The notes beneath the pieces were generated by a model. That model was not told the origin of the DNA. It saw only the letters and a list, made by a program, of their open reading frames with translations, and searched no databases. 64,000 bases of DNA, from the NCBI GenBank assembly GCA_020184695.1, contig JAANOX010000186.1, forward strand, positions 1 through 64,000. Reading direction: 5' to 3'. The position numbers and the translations under genes are program-made. Positions 22,501 through 31,600 of the stretch are shown piece after piece. Each line of letters opens with the position of its first letter. Position 1 is the first letter of the stretch. This DNA is from Histomonas meleagridis 2922-C6/04-290x. Lineage: Eukaryota > Protista > Parabasalia.

Positions 22501-23677
22501 AAATTTATGTAAAATCCAATCAAATAATTCACGTAATAAAACTATTGATTCTAATAAATATTGTCCGAAACTTCAAACAATATTTAAACAAGAGAATTTA
22601 CCAATATTAATTCCTTTATCATTAACATTATTCCAAGGAATTAATGACATATATATAAAAGAAATATCGAAAAATATCATTGTAATAAACTCATTACAAA
22701 AACCTAAAAAAATCGAATTAATTGCTTCGAATGGTATCACTTATCATTTCTTATGTAAGAAAGATGATGACATTCGTAAAGATATGCGAATGATGGAATT
22801 TGCGAACTTCATTAATATCATATTAATGAATAATCCATTATCAAAACAACGGAACTTATCATTAATTACTTACGCAGTAATATGTTTAAATGAACGTTGT
22901 GGAATGATCGAATGGGTTGAGAACACTACAGGTTTTCGAAATGTTATTGAAACCATTTATAATGAACAAAACCTTAAAATCGATTCCAATTTAATGAAAG
23001 AATTACAAAAAGAAAACGTGAAAAAAGATCCAAAAATTAACTTAAAAAAACAAAAATTATTTAAAGAAAAATTAAAGAATTTCCCTCCTGTATTACATAT
23101 TTGGTTTGCAACAAACTTCAAAAATATTTCAAAATGGTTTCACTCACAAATATTATTCGCAAGATCAACTGCCGTTTGGTCGATGGTTGGTTATATCATT
23201 GGTTTAGGTGATCGACATGCAGAAAATATTTTAATTAACCAAAAAACTGGAGGTTGTGTACACGTTGACTTTAATTGTATATTCGATAAGGCGAAGACGT
23301 TACCGGTGCCTGAATGTGTCCCGTTTAGAATGACACAAAACATAGCCGATGGAATGGGGGTACTCGGAACTAACGGTAACTTTGATGTGGCGGCTAAAAT
23401 AGTATTGAAAGTTTTGAGAGACAAAAAACAAAAACTGCTATCGGTGCTGCAGCCGTTTATTCACGACCCTTTGTTGGAATGGAAAAAGGTAAGTAAGGAA
23501 ACAACAGTGGCAACGGCGAAAATGACACTGAAGGAAATCGATAGAAGACTGTCGGGTCTAGCTGAAGATAGATCTGTGATATTGGCACCAGAGTGTATAG
23601 TGAAGGAATTGGTGAAACAGGCAACGGACCCCGACAACTTGGCACTGATGTTCTATGGATGGCAGCCGTACTATTAA
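16598..23677 (+). CDS. ATR: PIKK-family kinase, ATR/Mec1 type
   Basis: 2359 aa; DDIRKDMRMMEF, GLGDRHAENILI, VHVDFNCIF and the FATC end ATDPDNLALMFYGWQPYY match ATR signatures. Confidence 0.88.
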   Translation: MDERYLLCRDIKCLIDGFQVESSLLDLEKAINALLYFEQKYSPFQGYEDMLNCCLGVMINYGIRSSIDLLEMKNNQNYPLGKKFMKMISIFISFYTPYNKELFLKSLIKIISDSLDGIPIKIPTIISSEGEKEIPLDDNSHLSALKFLIQMLTLIIAQQISTDPGLLFISFKCIRHQNNSVQYLGLKLLSKISFYSIQIAFQEVRILIEYLKTPFLEVFEEFPKSDIFWSISFDNSIRHLPNDIQVLIGRELLGIISAVPGISEHQNTSKVFFDLIEKFLINDRTSYHISSPIFIKIFPSFYMSTDFIRICKQISIYDTNFSNKLLRTYSNDIKYLYSISQIINLKQINNLIPNENMNPIYIYPLISLYKNEETIPKQLKNYVKESILIQLPEPQYIKSLLPFAFDEILSQIVNYPPNDFLYIINLIKDIKKWNEIQNNYQEQILQYVINSGSIELISFIILYSKQYDKFKEIIQQNSSDINSYESKSYINVLPILFTNFNELIPSTLIINLLQTTKFYIINNIIENKNYWQIFLQQFLQIFIESNDYIFSCSLYYLKNNLKLQEIVVLNKFYVSRQIYKLIYENQNINQKDRFIRYCSLCREQFFKNLFGLDQLKYNLIPVLISEENITQLNNFSNLLKNLNINIYNKIKNILNNIMNQFEVNTNSYNLLSELINNFEKLLNILKNDLSNILKYKNSKIYLKDLNKKIFDILRIHSENINFELEIFKELNQIIIKIFNIIEQEPNIIFNEETIDHKPIDLILLKLIITTINNSYELIKTSINDIIIDCSSNIFIYLFGYINKENATKGILTLNKLSNDKNEQHYGHKLLKESKCLAEVSSQVLLLLGHPIKNIQMLAINGVKMLGSFHKALKIINIDNNTITNKNKTEILSTKLWEKHFLNTILKFSIILGNKNEQICLKLMVINSLIFSIKSNYFINLIDQFYLKLTSCIDIAIQYNELRKKCIKFWIIFIKAIKTSNTLIRLFGHVVSQTIQFYDIYPKEVTEILKLLIFNNSEITKEYFYQIVNLPFFYKHTELNIFLNELKKGSNDKDWKEQIKQLYLQLNQSSITFRNLILIQIHIILQKNNLNELDINFINKLFKKLYKLILNEKNNYNLILCGQCMGLLIPFINDFSQPEEEIIEKNDYINIIYKLINDYLINILEDSSTISNHDHSAYVIQELLKLLGCNNNDNNNKNWNLFPNYIKTIINPFRKSTFIAEMIKPLNINKDYIPIKENNSFNNWLPLFTLNLLSILINDKQIKTINQIFFCCNKVLKDSLSINKFILPYIIANNYENEYFLKVLRIEWETIFGKIITKNNSNEIIFLRQIISLYFSLFDKLYKWNITPGEIKRRINWPILKIANDFDLSIAAYKCKLYYHSLQHLEFYIFDNKIYNFLDIPEIKDLLQSIYIHIDEDSLEIFNDINNNQNIEDFSTKEIQIFFNDNDININNKIQFIKKLMKFGRYERALNDSISLKTKYPFNEKLNIIISNASIRLFKWDIINDLDMKNLKNLSIQNKFDLSMGKLLISIKNNINNNLFIKKINNLRKYLYQILKNNSIISYPKITSILILYNLLDEIEEIQRTKTIPNNWNQFPYYNNTINIDIIEQITSIKCSLINLIINDKEKSNLLISKQWLYVSKISRKNNLLYKAEMYCIRAMEFSTNNEIQKSNCKYELSKILYLKPKNGIQALTLLQQISKSNNILNSKILYKQSKWMIDLNTSNFNELNEILNKVIQNNINDNNNLSKTYFTLANLIDQRIISYVHYLEQLSFDPVTSHIRNKTNSTKFWNSSTSIEYITDFFKEQIPLALKNYIESLKYSSKYSYEIIPRILELFFDIGKLFIEENNNFKQINKKQKDLILTEIKNSMKTIDKIPSKVWIKSITQLTSRIEQPKELENMLYKLLRICCEDYLQQSLWNLMTLLQSESSTRKNRFNTFWEYVQSDLENKYGNNIINIYNNFIQITTEIINLCKIQSNNSRNKTIDSNKYCPKLQTIFKQENLPILIPLSLTLFQGINDIYIKEISKNIIVINSLQKPKKIELIASNGITYHFLCKKDDDIRKDMRMMEFANFINIILMNNPLSKQRNLSLITYAVICLNERCGMIEWVENTTGFRNVIETIYNEQNLKIDSNLMKELQKENVKKDPKINLKKQKLFKEKLKNFPPVLHIWFATNFKNISKWFHSQILFARSTAVWSMVGYIIGLGDRHAENILINQKTGGCVHVDFNCIFDKAKTLPVPECVPFRMTQNIADGMGVLGTNGNFDVAAKIVLKVLRDKKQKLLSVLQPFIHDPLLEWKKVSKETTVATAKMTLKEIDRRLSGLAEDRSVILAPECIVKELVKQATDPDNLALMFYGWQPYY

Positions 23678-24285
23678 ATATGTTATTATATAAAAAAAAA
23701 TTTTTTTGAGAATTCAAAAATTAAAATTATTATTACGTTGCTGTGGTGAAGAGGAATTGTGAACGAAGAATTCCATTTGTTGGCGAATGACTTCCAACGA
23801 GATCAAAGTGTCGTTTTGAGTACGAAATTTTGAATCAATCATTGTCTGTGTTTATTTCCGAAGTTTAAAATGTTTTTTTCTTTAAAAATAATCATTTAAT
23901 CATTTAAAATGATCATTTGTCGGAAACATTATTATATACATCGATCATTTTCGAAATCTTTGCTGATTTGTTCGTTATACTACTTTATGATAGAGAATTC
24001 GGCATTTATTGGATGTTTAATTCTTAATTTTACTTATTGGAATATACACACGCATATTATGCTTAAAATGAATCCACAATGATCACTAAAGTAGATGGGA
24101 TTCCAATCAAATTTAATATTTTGGCTATTTAATATATATGAATGATCAGAGCAATGCAAAGGAAGAAACAAAATGTAGCTGTCCATCACATAAACTTTGT
24201 AAATACCTATGTTTTAATTGATAAAAAAAGAAGTTTCCAAACTCATTTACTAGGTTTTGGTTGGATCCGACTATCTCACGGACAC

Positions 24286-25638
24286 TCAGATAACTCCTTG
24301 GTGTAACATTGCATTGGCAACTTTCATGAAACCTGCGATGTTTGCACCCTTGACGTAGTTAACATAGCCGTCTGGCTCTGTTCCATACTTGACGCATTGA
24401 GCGTGAATTGAAGAGATGATTAAGTGCAATTTTGCATCGACTTCATCAGCAGTCCAGCTAAGGTGCATAGCGTTTTGTGTCATTTCAAGACCAGATGTAG
24501 CAACACCACCTGCATTGACAGCTTTTCCTGGTGCGAACAAAAGCTTGTGTTCAATAAAGTAGTCAACGGCTTCGGCCGTGCAACCCATATTAGAGATTTC
24601 ACCAACACAGATAACACCATTGTTAACAATGTTACGTGCATCTTCAATGTTAAGTTCGTTTTGTGTTGCGCAGGTAAGACAGATATCAACTTTGACTTCC
24701 CATGGATGTTTGCCTGGAACAAACTTAGCATTTGGATACTTCTCAGCATATGGTGCAACAATATCGTTGCCTGAATTACGAAGTTCAAGCATGAAATCAA
24801 TCTTATCTCCAGAAACACCATCAGGATCATAAACATAACCATCAGGACCAGAAAGTGTAACAACTTTAGCACCAAGTTGTGTGGCTTTGAGGGCTGCACC
24901 CCATGCAACATTACCAAATCCAGAAATGGCAACAGTCTTTCCTGCAATTGGGATTCCCTTTCTTTCGAGCATCTTGTTGACGAAGTAAAGTGCACCGAAT
25001 CCAGTAGCTTCTGGGCGAATTAATGATCCACCAAATTCAAGGCCTTTACCAGTGAAGGTACCATCGAATTGACGTGAAAGCTTCTTGTAAATACCACACA
25101 TGTAACCAATTTCACGAGTACCAACACCAATATCACCTGCTGGGATATCAAGATTTGGTCCAAGCATACGCCAAAGTTCAATAACAAAGGCTTGGCAGAA
25201 ACGCATGATTTCACCATCACTCTTTCCACGAGGTGAAAAATCTGAACCTCCCTTAGCACCACCCATAGGAAGTGTTGTTAAAGCATTCTTAAATGTTTGT
25301 TCGAAACCAAGGAACTTAAGAATGGAAAGGTTAACAGATTCATGGAAACGAATACCGCCCTTATATGGACCACCAGCGTTGTTGAATTGGACACGATAAC
25401 CAATGTTAGTTTGAACTTCTCCTTTATCATCAACCCAGTTTACACGGAATGATAAAATGCGATCTGGTTCAACAAGTCTTTCAAGGATTTTATTTTTCTG
25501 AAATTCTGGGTGTTGGTTATATACATCCTTAATGCTTGTAATAACCTCACGAACTGCTTGGTGGAATTCAGGTTCGTTCGGGTGCTTTTTTATAAGGTTG
25601 GCCATAAATTCTTCGACGTCCAATGGCTTGCAAGTCAT
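24286..25638 (-). CDS. gdhA: NAD(P)-specific glutamate dehydrogenase, bacterial GdhA type
   Basis: KFLGFEQTFKNALTTLPMGGAKGG, DIPAGDIGVG, RPEATGFG, GKAVNAGGVATSGLEM. The true ATG is probably 25638 (450 aa), just after a TCATTT Inr. Confidence 0.95.
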   Translation of the reverse strand: MTCKPLDVEEFMANLIKKHPNEPEFHQAVREVITSIKDVYNQHPEFQKNKILERLVEPDRILSFRVNWVDDKGEVQTNIGYRVQFNNAGGPYKGGIRFHESVNLSILKFLGFEQTFKNALTTLPMGGAKGGSDFSPRGKSDGEIMRFCQAFVIELWRMLGPNLDIPAGDIGVGTREIGYMCGIYKKLSRQFDGTFTGKGLEFGGSLIRPEATGFGALYFVNKMLERKGIPIAGKTVAISGFGNVAWGAALKATQLGAKVVTLSGPDGYVYDPDGVSGDKIDFMLELRNSGNDIVAPYAEKYPNAKFVPGKHPWEVKVDICLTCATQNELNIEDARNIVNNGVICVGEISNMGCTAEAVDYFIEHKLLFAPGKAVNAGGVATSGLEMTQNAMHLSWTADEVDAKLHLIISSIHAQCVKYGTEPDGYVNYVKGANIAGFMKVANAMLHQGVI

Positions 25639-25643
25639 GGAAG

Positions 25644-25649
25644 AAATGA
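25644..25649 (-). promoter_or_regulatory. Initiator (Inr)-like TCATTT upstream of GDH ATG
   Basis: Matches the parabasalid Inr TCA(T/C)(T/A) a few nt before the ATG. Similar motifs precede the GTPase (68-79) and OST48 (61923-61928) starts. Confidence 0.55.
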
Positions 25650-26562
25650 ACCAAAAAAAGTTGTTTTTTAAGAAATTGAAAATTTCAATTAAAAACAATG
25701 AGGTTTTGAGAAGAACGATGTGACTAGCAAAGAATGTCATATCACATCACATATTGGCTGGTTTCTTTCAAATTTGAATACATAATATCGTTTTTGATTG
25801 CTCATTTTAAAATCTCGTGTCTTTCAATTTTGAGAAAGCAAAATTTTGTAAGCGGTTTCATGTAACTACCGGCTGAGGAACGAAAGAAGTACAGCTTTTT
25901 GATTGACGTAACTGCTCATTGAAAAACCGGTGCTGTGCCCACAAAAAATGCCTCAAGCGTTGTTTTGAAAGCTTAAGTTATCATTCCTTCCTAAAATGTG
26001 CTTTTTAAATATCAAATTCATGTGATATTTGGTGAATTTAAATCTAATATCAAAGACAAAACTTTAAAGCAAAAATTATAATAAATTCAAAGGACACCCA
26101 TGTAGAATGACAAATAAATCTAAAAAATTGGTTTCTTAAGTTATCAAATAATAACATATAGAAGTAGATTTAAAATCAGAATTAACTGGTCCAAGTGATA
26201 AACTCAACAAGAGTATTCTTGCTGATTCATTGTTGTAAATTATTCAAAAAACATATATTCATTATTGAAAAATGCTTCTAAAATGCTTTACTTGGAACTG
26301 ACACAAAAGCACTTGTACGTCTTTTTATTGTTTATAAAAGAATAATGTATTTTATTCATTTGTTAACCAAATATCTTTATCGTAATGGCCAAGCTTGCTT
26401 AAGCCAACCATTATTTTTATCATAAATTTCTAAGAGGTTTAAGTTTACAATTAGAAAATTAAGTAAAAAAAAATCATCTTGAAACGTATTTACGTTTTAG
26501 CTCTTATTTGAATTCTACTTAATGAATAACATATATCAATGAAGACCAGTTCATGCTAATGG

Positions 26563-27326
26563 ATGTTTGACGTTCCTCAATACCAACCAGAAGAAGAATT
26601 TAATCCATTTTCTTCTCCAAGTGTCCAACAAGAATCGTCATCTCAACCTTCAATTGTACCTTCTAGCGAACCTGTAGAAGTGGCTGATGAAGTTGAAGGA
26701 TTGGATTCAGAAGGAAATTCATTTGTTCAGCGCCTTAAAAATTGTCTCAAATCCATCCAAACAACAATCGAGAGCACGAAGAAGGACAAAGTTACGCTTT
26801 CTGATCTTGAAAGGTGACAATCCGCTGCACTTAGTAGCGAGCAATATGAACTTGCTGATCAACTTAATGCATCAATCACTCGCACCAAGAATCTCATCAA
26901 TGAGCAACAAAACACATTTATTCAGTCTCTCTCCAACGCCTTTTCAATTTCGAATGATGCACCTGGTCATTTACTTTCACATGCTGCAGCATCACAAAAT
27001 GAACTTCCTCAGCTCCGCGTTCGGAAGTCAGCGTTAGACAAGCACAATATTTGCAACTCGATTATCGAATTTTATAATAAGTTTACCGAAGAAATGAAAA
27101 CATTGTTCGACATTTCCCCATTACTCGAAATGTTGCAAATTGCACAAGAAAACATTCATGTTCCCAAAGTTAAGAGCAAAGATGAAATTGAAGAAGAAAT
27201 TCGGAATTTAATGCGAAATTAGAAGAAATTATAGCGCAAGATGACTTCGACGCAGCAGCACAAATACAGAATCAAATAGACGCATTGAACGTGAAATTAC
27301 AAAAGTTCACAACAATAAATAAATGA
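26563..27326 (+). pseudogene. Disrupted UVR (UvrB/C)-motif coiled-coil protein
   Basis: In-frame TGA at 26815-26817 and a one-base frameshift near 27210. UVR-like motifs AALSSEQYELADQLNASI and LEEIIAQDDFDAAAQIQNQIDAL. Confidence 0.7.
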
Positions 27327-27404
27327 ATAAATGAAATATATGTTAATAATTTCTGTTTTTATGATGAACTATCAAATTGACTTCGAGTTGACTGAAAGCA
27401 CTAC

Positions 27405-27480
27405 AGAAACATCATAACTTTATAGAGACATCATAACTTTATAGAGACATTATAACTTTATAGAAACGTTGTAACTTGTT
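27405..27480. repeat. 19-bp tandem repeat x4
   Basis: AGAAACATCATAACTTTAT / AGAGACATCATAACTTTAT / AGAGACATTATAACTTTAT / AGAAACGTTGTAACTTGTT. Confidence 0.85.
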
Positions 27481-27584
27481 TCGATTAAATGAACAATTGG
27501 GGTAAGATGTTAAATTAACGTATTGAAACATCTACCACTTGGGTAAAAAGTTCGCGTTATATGGTCTTTATTTGGGGTTTTCTT

Positions 27585-28523
27585 TTATCCGGGGCATTGT
27601 CGTATCCATTGGTCATTTTCGTTCGAAGCAGGTTCTTGGAGTTCTTTAATTTGTTTATCTTGACTGCTTGATGAAAAAGGATTTGATATTTCTTTCATAT
27701 TTGAATTCGTTGTTTCAATTTTACTTTGACTTTTACTATTGCCTTTGCGAATAAGAAAAACAATAATTCCAATAATTAGAAAAATGACAATAATTACACC
27801 ACAAATAATTCCAATTATTATATTATTCGATAATTTTCCTGTTCCTTCTGTCGTAAATGGAATTCCTGAATTAGGAATGAAATTGAAATAAAAAGAATAA
27901 TATGTGGAATATCGATAAATCGTATAATCATAATAAATAATTTCGGTATAAATATATGTGGAAAGTGTTTGAATTAATGTATTTGATAAAAATGATTGAA
28001 ATGTTAACGTTTGTGTAATTAATAATGAAAATGTTATAGTAATATTAGTTTTACTAAATATATCTGAATCAATAAACAAATTGGAATTAGTAAATGAATT
28101 TGATTTAGCAAATGAATTTGATTTAGTAAATGTGTTTGTAAATGTATGTGTTGGCCAGACATATTGAGAACATTCTTCAACTGATGTACTATTTGATACA
28201 TTAAGTGGACCAAATGTTGTATCTTGATACAAATCTGATGTCATAACATAGTGTGCCTTTACATTGTAAAAAGCATCAGAATCTATATTAGTTGGTGATT
28301 CATAACCTGTAAAATAAATACATGTTAAATTATTACAATTAGAAAATGCAGAACTTCCAATTGTTGTTACATTTTTTCCAATAATAACTGATCCTAAACC
28401 AGAACATGAATGAAACGCGGAATTTCCAATTAATGTAACTGAATTTGAAATTGTTATATTTGTTATTGATGAACAATAAGAAAATGCAGAAATTCCAATT
28501 GTTGTTACATGATTTAGTTTCAA
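27585..28523 (-). pseudogene. 5'-truncated BspA-like paralog (about 3 LRRs, stalk, TM, tail)
   Basis: C-terminal half is nearly identical to 10788-11260. No ATG or signal peptide (the track start is TTG); the paralog's TGA stop is CGA here, adding RQCPG. Confidence 0.75.
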
Positions 28524-28690
28524 GCTCTCTTCAGCTAATTCTCATGGTCCTTATCTCTTCTACATTTTATGAAATGCACCAAATTCCATTATCACAAAGA
28601 TAAGTACAAAATTCACGTTGAATTACAATTTCTTTCCAACAAAATTTATATTTTATATTATAAATATTTTATTTAACGATACAAATTACA

Positions 28691-31600
28691 TTACATATTT
28701 TTCTTCACTTTTCTTTTCACATAGTATTGCTGGAATTTCTTATCTTTCATTTCCGGTCCCTTCTCTATCACGAATATATTTTTATCCAACAGGTTCGCTG
28801 CGCCTTGATTCACTTTGACGACGCTTGTCACACCGTCATCCAAAAATGAATAAGCGACTTCTTGTATGTTACCTAATAATTCGAACGAAGGGTTACTCTT
28901 ACTTAATATATTTCCCGCAATTGGTCCACCGAATGCGACTCCTATGTTAAATGATATATCGACCATTATTTGTTCACTAATATCATCTGTAGCCTCAATT
29001 AAGTCCAAACAAAAGTCACACGATTGTTCCACTTGTAATTTTGGATTATCCGAAAAGTCAAATAATCCACTACATATTAATATATTTTGTTCTGTCTTCT
29101 TTATGATGATTAATGCTGGATATTTAGTTATAGTTTCTTCTATAAATTCATATATTTTACGTAATACTTCTGTAAAGATTTGTTTCGGTGTTAATGTAAA
29201 AACTGAATCTAAAATTCCTAATATTTCGATAGAGATAATTGTCGAATTATCTGATACATAATATGATGAATCATCTTTCTCATGTTGATCTAAATTAAAA
29301 CTTAAAGGTTTCGGTAAATTATTTTGTATGATTTCTTGTGTTCGTTTCTTTGCTTCAATTGCTTCTTGTGCTAAATCTTCTTCATGTTTTAAGCTATGAA
29401 TAATAATTACATATGAATTTAATATACCAAATTGATTAGTAATTCCAATTAAATCTATTTGTGATAATTCTTGAATTTTCATTCTGAATGAAATTGATGT
29501 AATTTCTTTCGATTTAATACGTTCAATATTAATATATAAATCTGTAGGTGAATTATTCTCTGGATTTAAATATGGTATAAATGTATTAATATGACAACCT
29601 ATGACTTGTTCTCGTGTCATTCCTGTGATTTCTTTAGCTGCATAATTAATTGATGTAATACTTAATTCTGAATCTAATATAATCGCTGGATAAGGTAATG
29701 ATGATAGAATCGTTTGTGCTGGTGACATTAATTTCTTTTCTGTTTCTTCTTTATTTTGTGATATTAAATCCATTAATGATTTGTTTTCAACTATAGTTTC
29801 AGGTGGTAAAAATCGTATTAAGATTCGAATTGCTTCTATGAAATCATTAAATGAATTATATAATAAATAATGTAATATAAATATAACTATTGATACAAAG
29901 ATAAATACAATAGAAAATGTTTGTGATTCAGATGTAAATGTATTCGTTTGTGAATCACCATAAACTTCAAAATAACTTTGGAATGATTGAAGTTTATTTA
30001 ATAAATAAAATTCACATAATAATATTAAATTCGAATATTTCTCTTCATCATTTAAATTAATATTAATAGGCCCTTCATTTTCTATTGTTTGTATTAATTG
30101 TTTTAATAAGATATATGCTTCAATAATCTTTCTATCTAATGATAAACAATTATAAAACATATATAACTCTGAATATGTTTCACTACATGTATCAGTAAAA
30201 TGAATTTCATCTAAATCTTCATCAACACCCATAAATCGTTCGACTTCTTCATTACCATTTAACATTGAATCCCATGAATCTCTAAATGTTTCATAAGTAG
30301 GTAAAAGAAATTCATTTAATGTATTAATATCTTCTTCATTAGTTAATGAACATAAATAACCTATTAAACCTACTGTTTCATATAATGATCCAAATCGTGT
30401 ATTAGCTAAATTAAACCATACAATTAATTTACCGATATCTTGTATACGTAATCGTGCTATATAAAAAACTAATATTATCATTACTGTATTTGCTATTATT
30501 GAAAAGATGGTCATTATAGGTAAAAAGATATATGAAAAATTACGCTTAACTAATAATTGTGCTGAATTACCATTAGAACCTTTTCTTTTAAGTTTCTTAA
30601 TTTTAGAAATACGTTTTAATGATAATCGTACTGCATCTTTTTTAACTTCTTTTAAGATTTCAATTATATGATTACAATTTTTATATAACGAATAAATGAC
30701 ATTAAATTGGAAAATAGAAAATACTAAGAAAAAGAGTATTGATATTACAAATAATAATATGAAATAAGTTTCTTGAATTCCTTCAACATAATTATTACCA
30801 TCAATAGCTATACCATCTTTAATTTGTGCTAAGTTATCATTAATATGAAACATATTATAAGCACCTGTATATAATGAATCTAAATAATCAGTGGTATCTT
30901 TTTGACCACTTTTCCAATAACCTGAAGAACGTATATAATAATTTAATGATTCAAAGATTACTCCACGTATAGACTTTTGTTCACTTTCTGGTTGAATATG
31001 TAAATTCTTTGATATATTTATCGAAAACATTTGATATAATAATTGATCAAATGTTTGTTCTCTAGAATCTGCTTGATCAATTAAACTATTCATTAAACTA
31101 TATAAATTATATATACCATTTTTAGCATGATATGAAATAATTTCTTCTGCATCATTTAATGCATTTGAAGTTGAAGTAATATTATTAATTGGATAATGTG
31201 TAATTTCAGTTATTTTATTAATACCATCATATTTATTAATTAATGAATGTGTACTAAATAATAATGATGATACAAATGTAGCATATTCTGCTGATGTATA
31301 AGTATTTCCAAAATATAATAATTCTCCAACAATTGTAAATATACCTGAAGTAGGTGCTAAGATAGTAATAGTAAAAATAATTAATATTAATACTGTAACT
31401 ATAGCTTGAATTAATGTGACTGCTTTAGCTGTACTTAAGCCTGGATATTCAAACTTAGTTAAAGCTGATTGTAATGATAATCTTAAACGAGAATTCTTTA
31501 TCATTCCAGAAGTAATTTCTTCTAATTTTTGTCCTATTTCACTTCCATTTGAAGTTGATGTTAAATAAGAACTTAAAAATGATGTTTCAATATTAGAATT

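Noticed and set aside
23720-23860. ~45-codon minus-strand ORF (MIDSKFRTQNDTLISLEVIRQQMEFF...)
   Set aside because: No recognisable homology; too short to support.
24424-25723. Multiple overlapping ORFs on GDH (also on enolase, CFAP45, USP7, OST48, BspA 11210-11533)
   Set aside because: Shadow frames of biased-codon or repetitive CDS; no recognisable domains.
15249-26817. Alternative genetic code (TAA/TGA reassigned), suggested by in-frame stops at 15249 and 26815
   Set aside because: Long genes terminate normally at TAA or TGA and have no internal stops, so the standard code fits.
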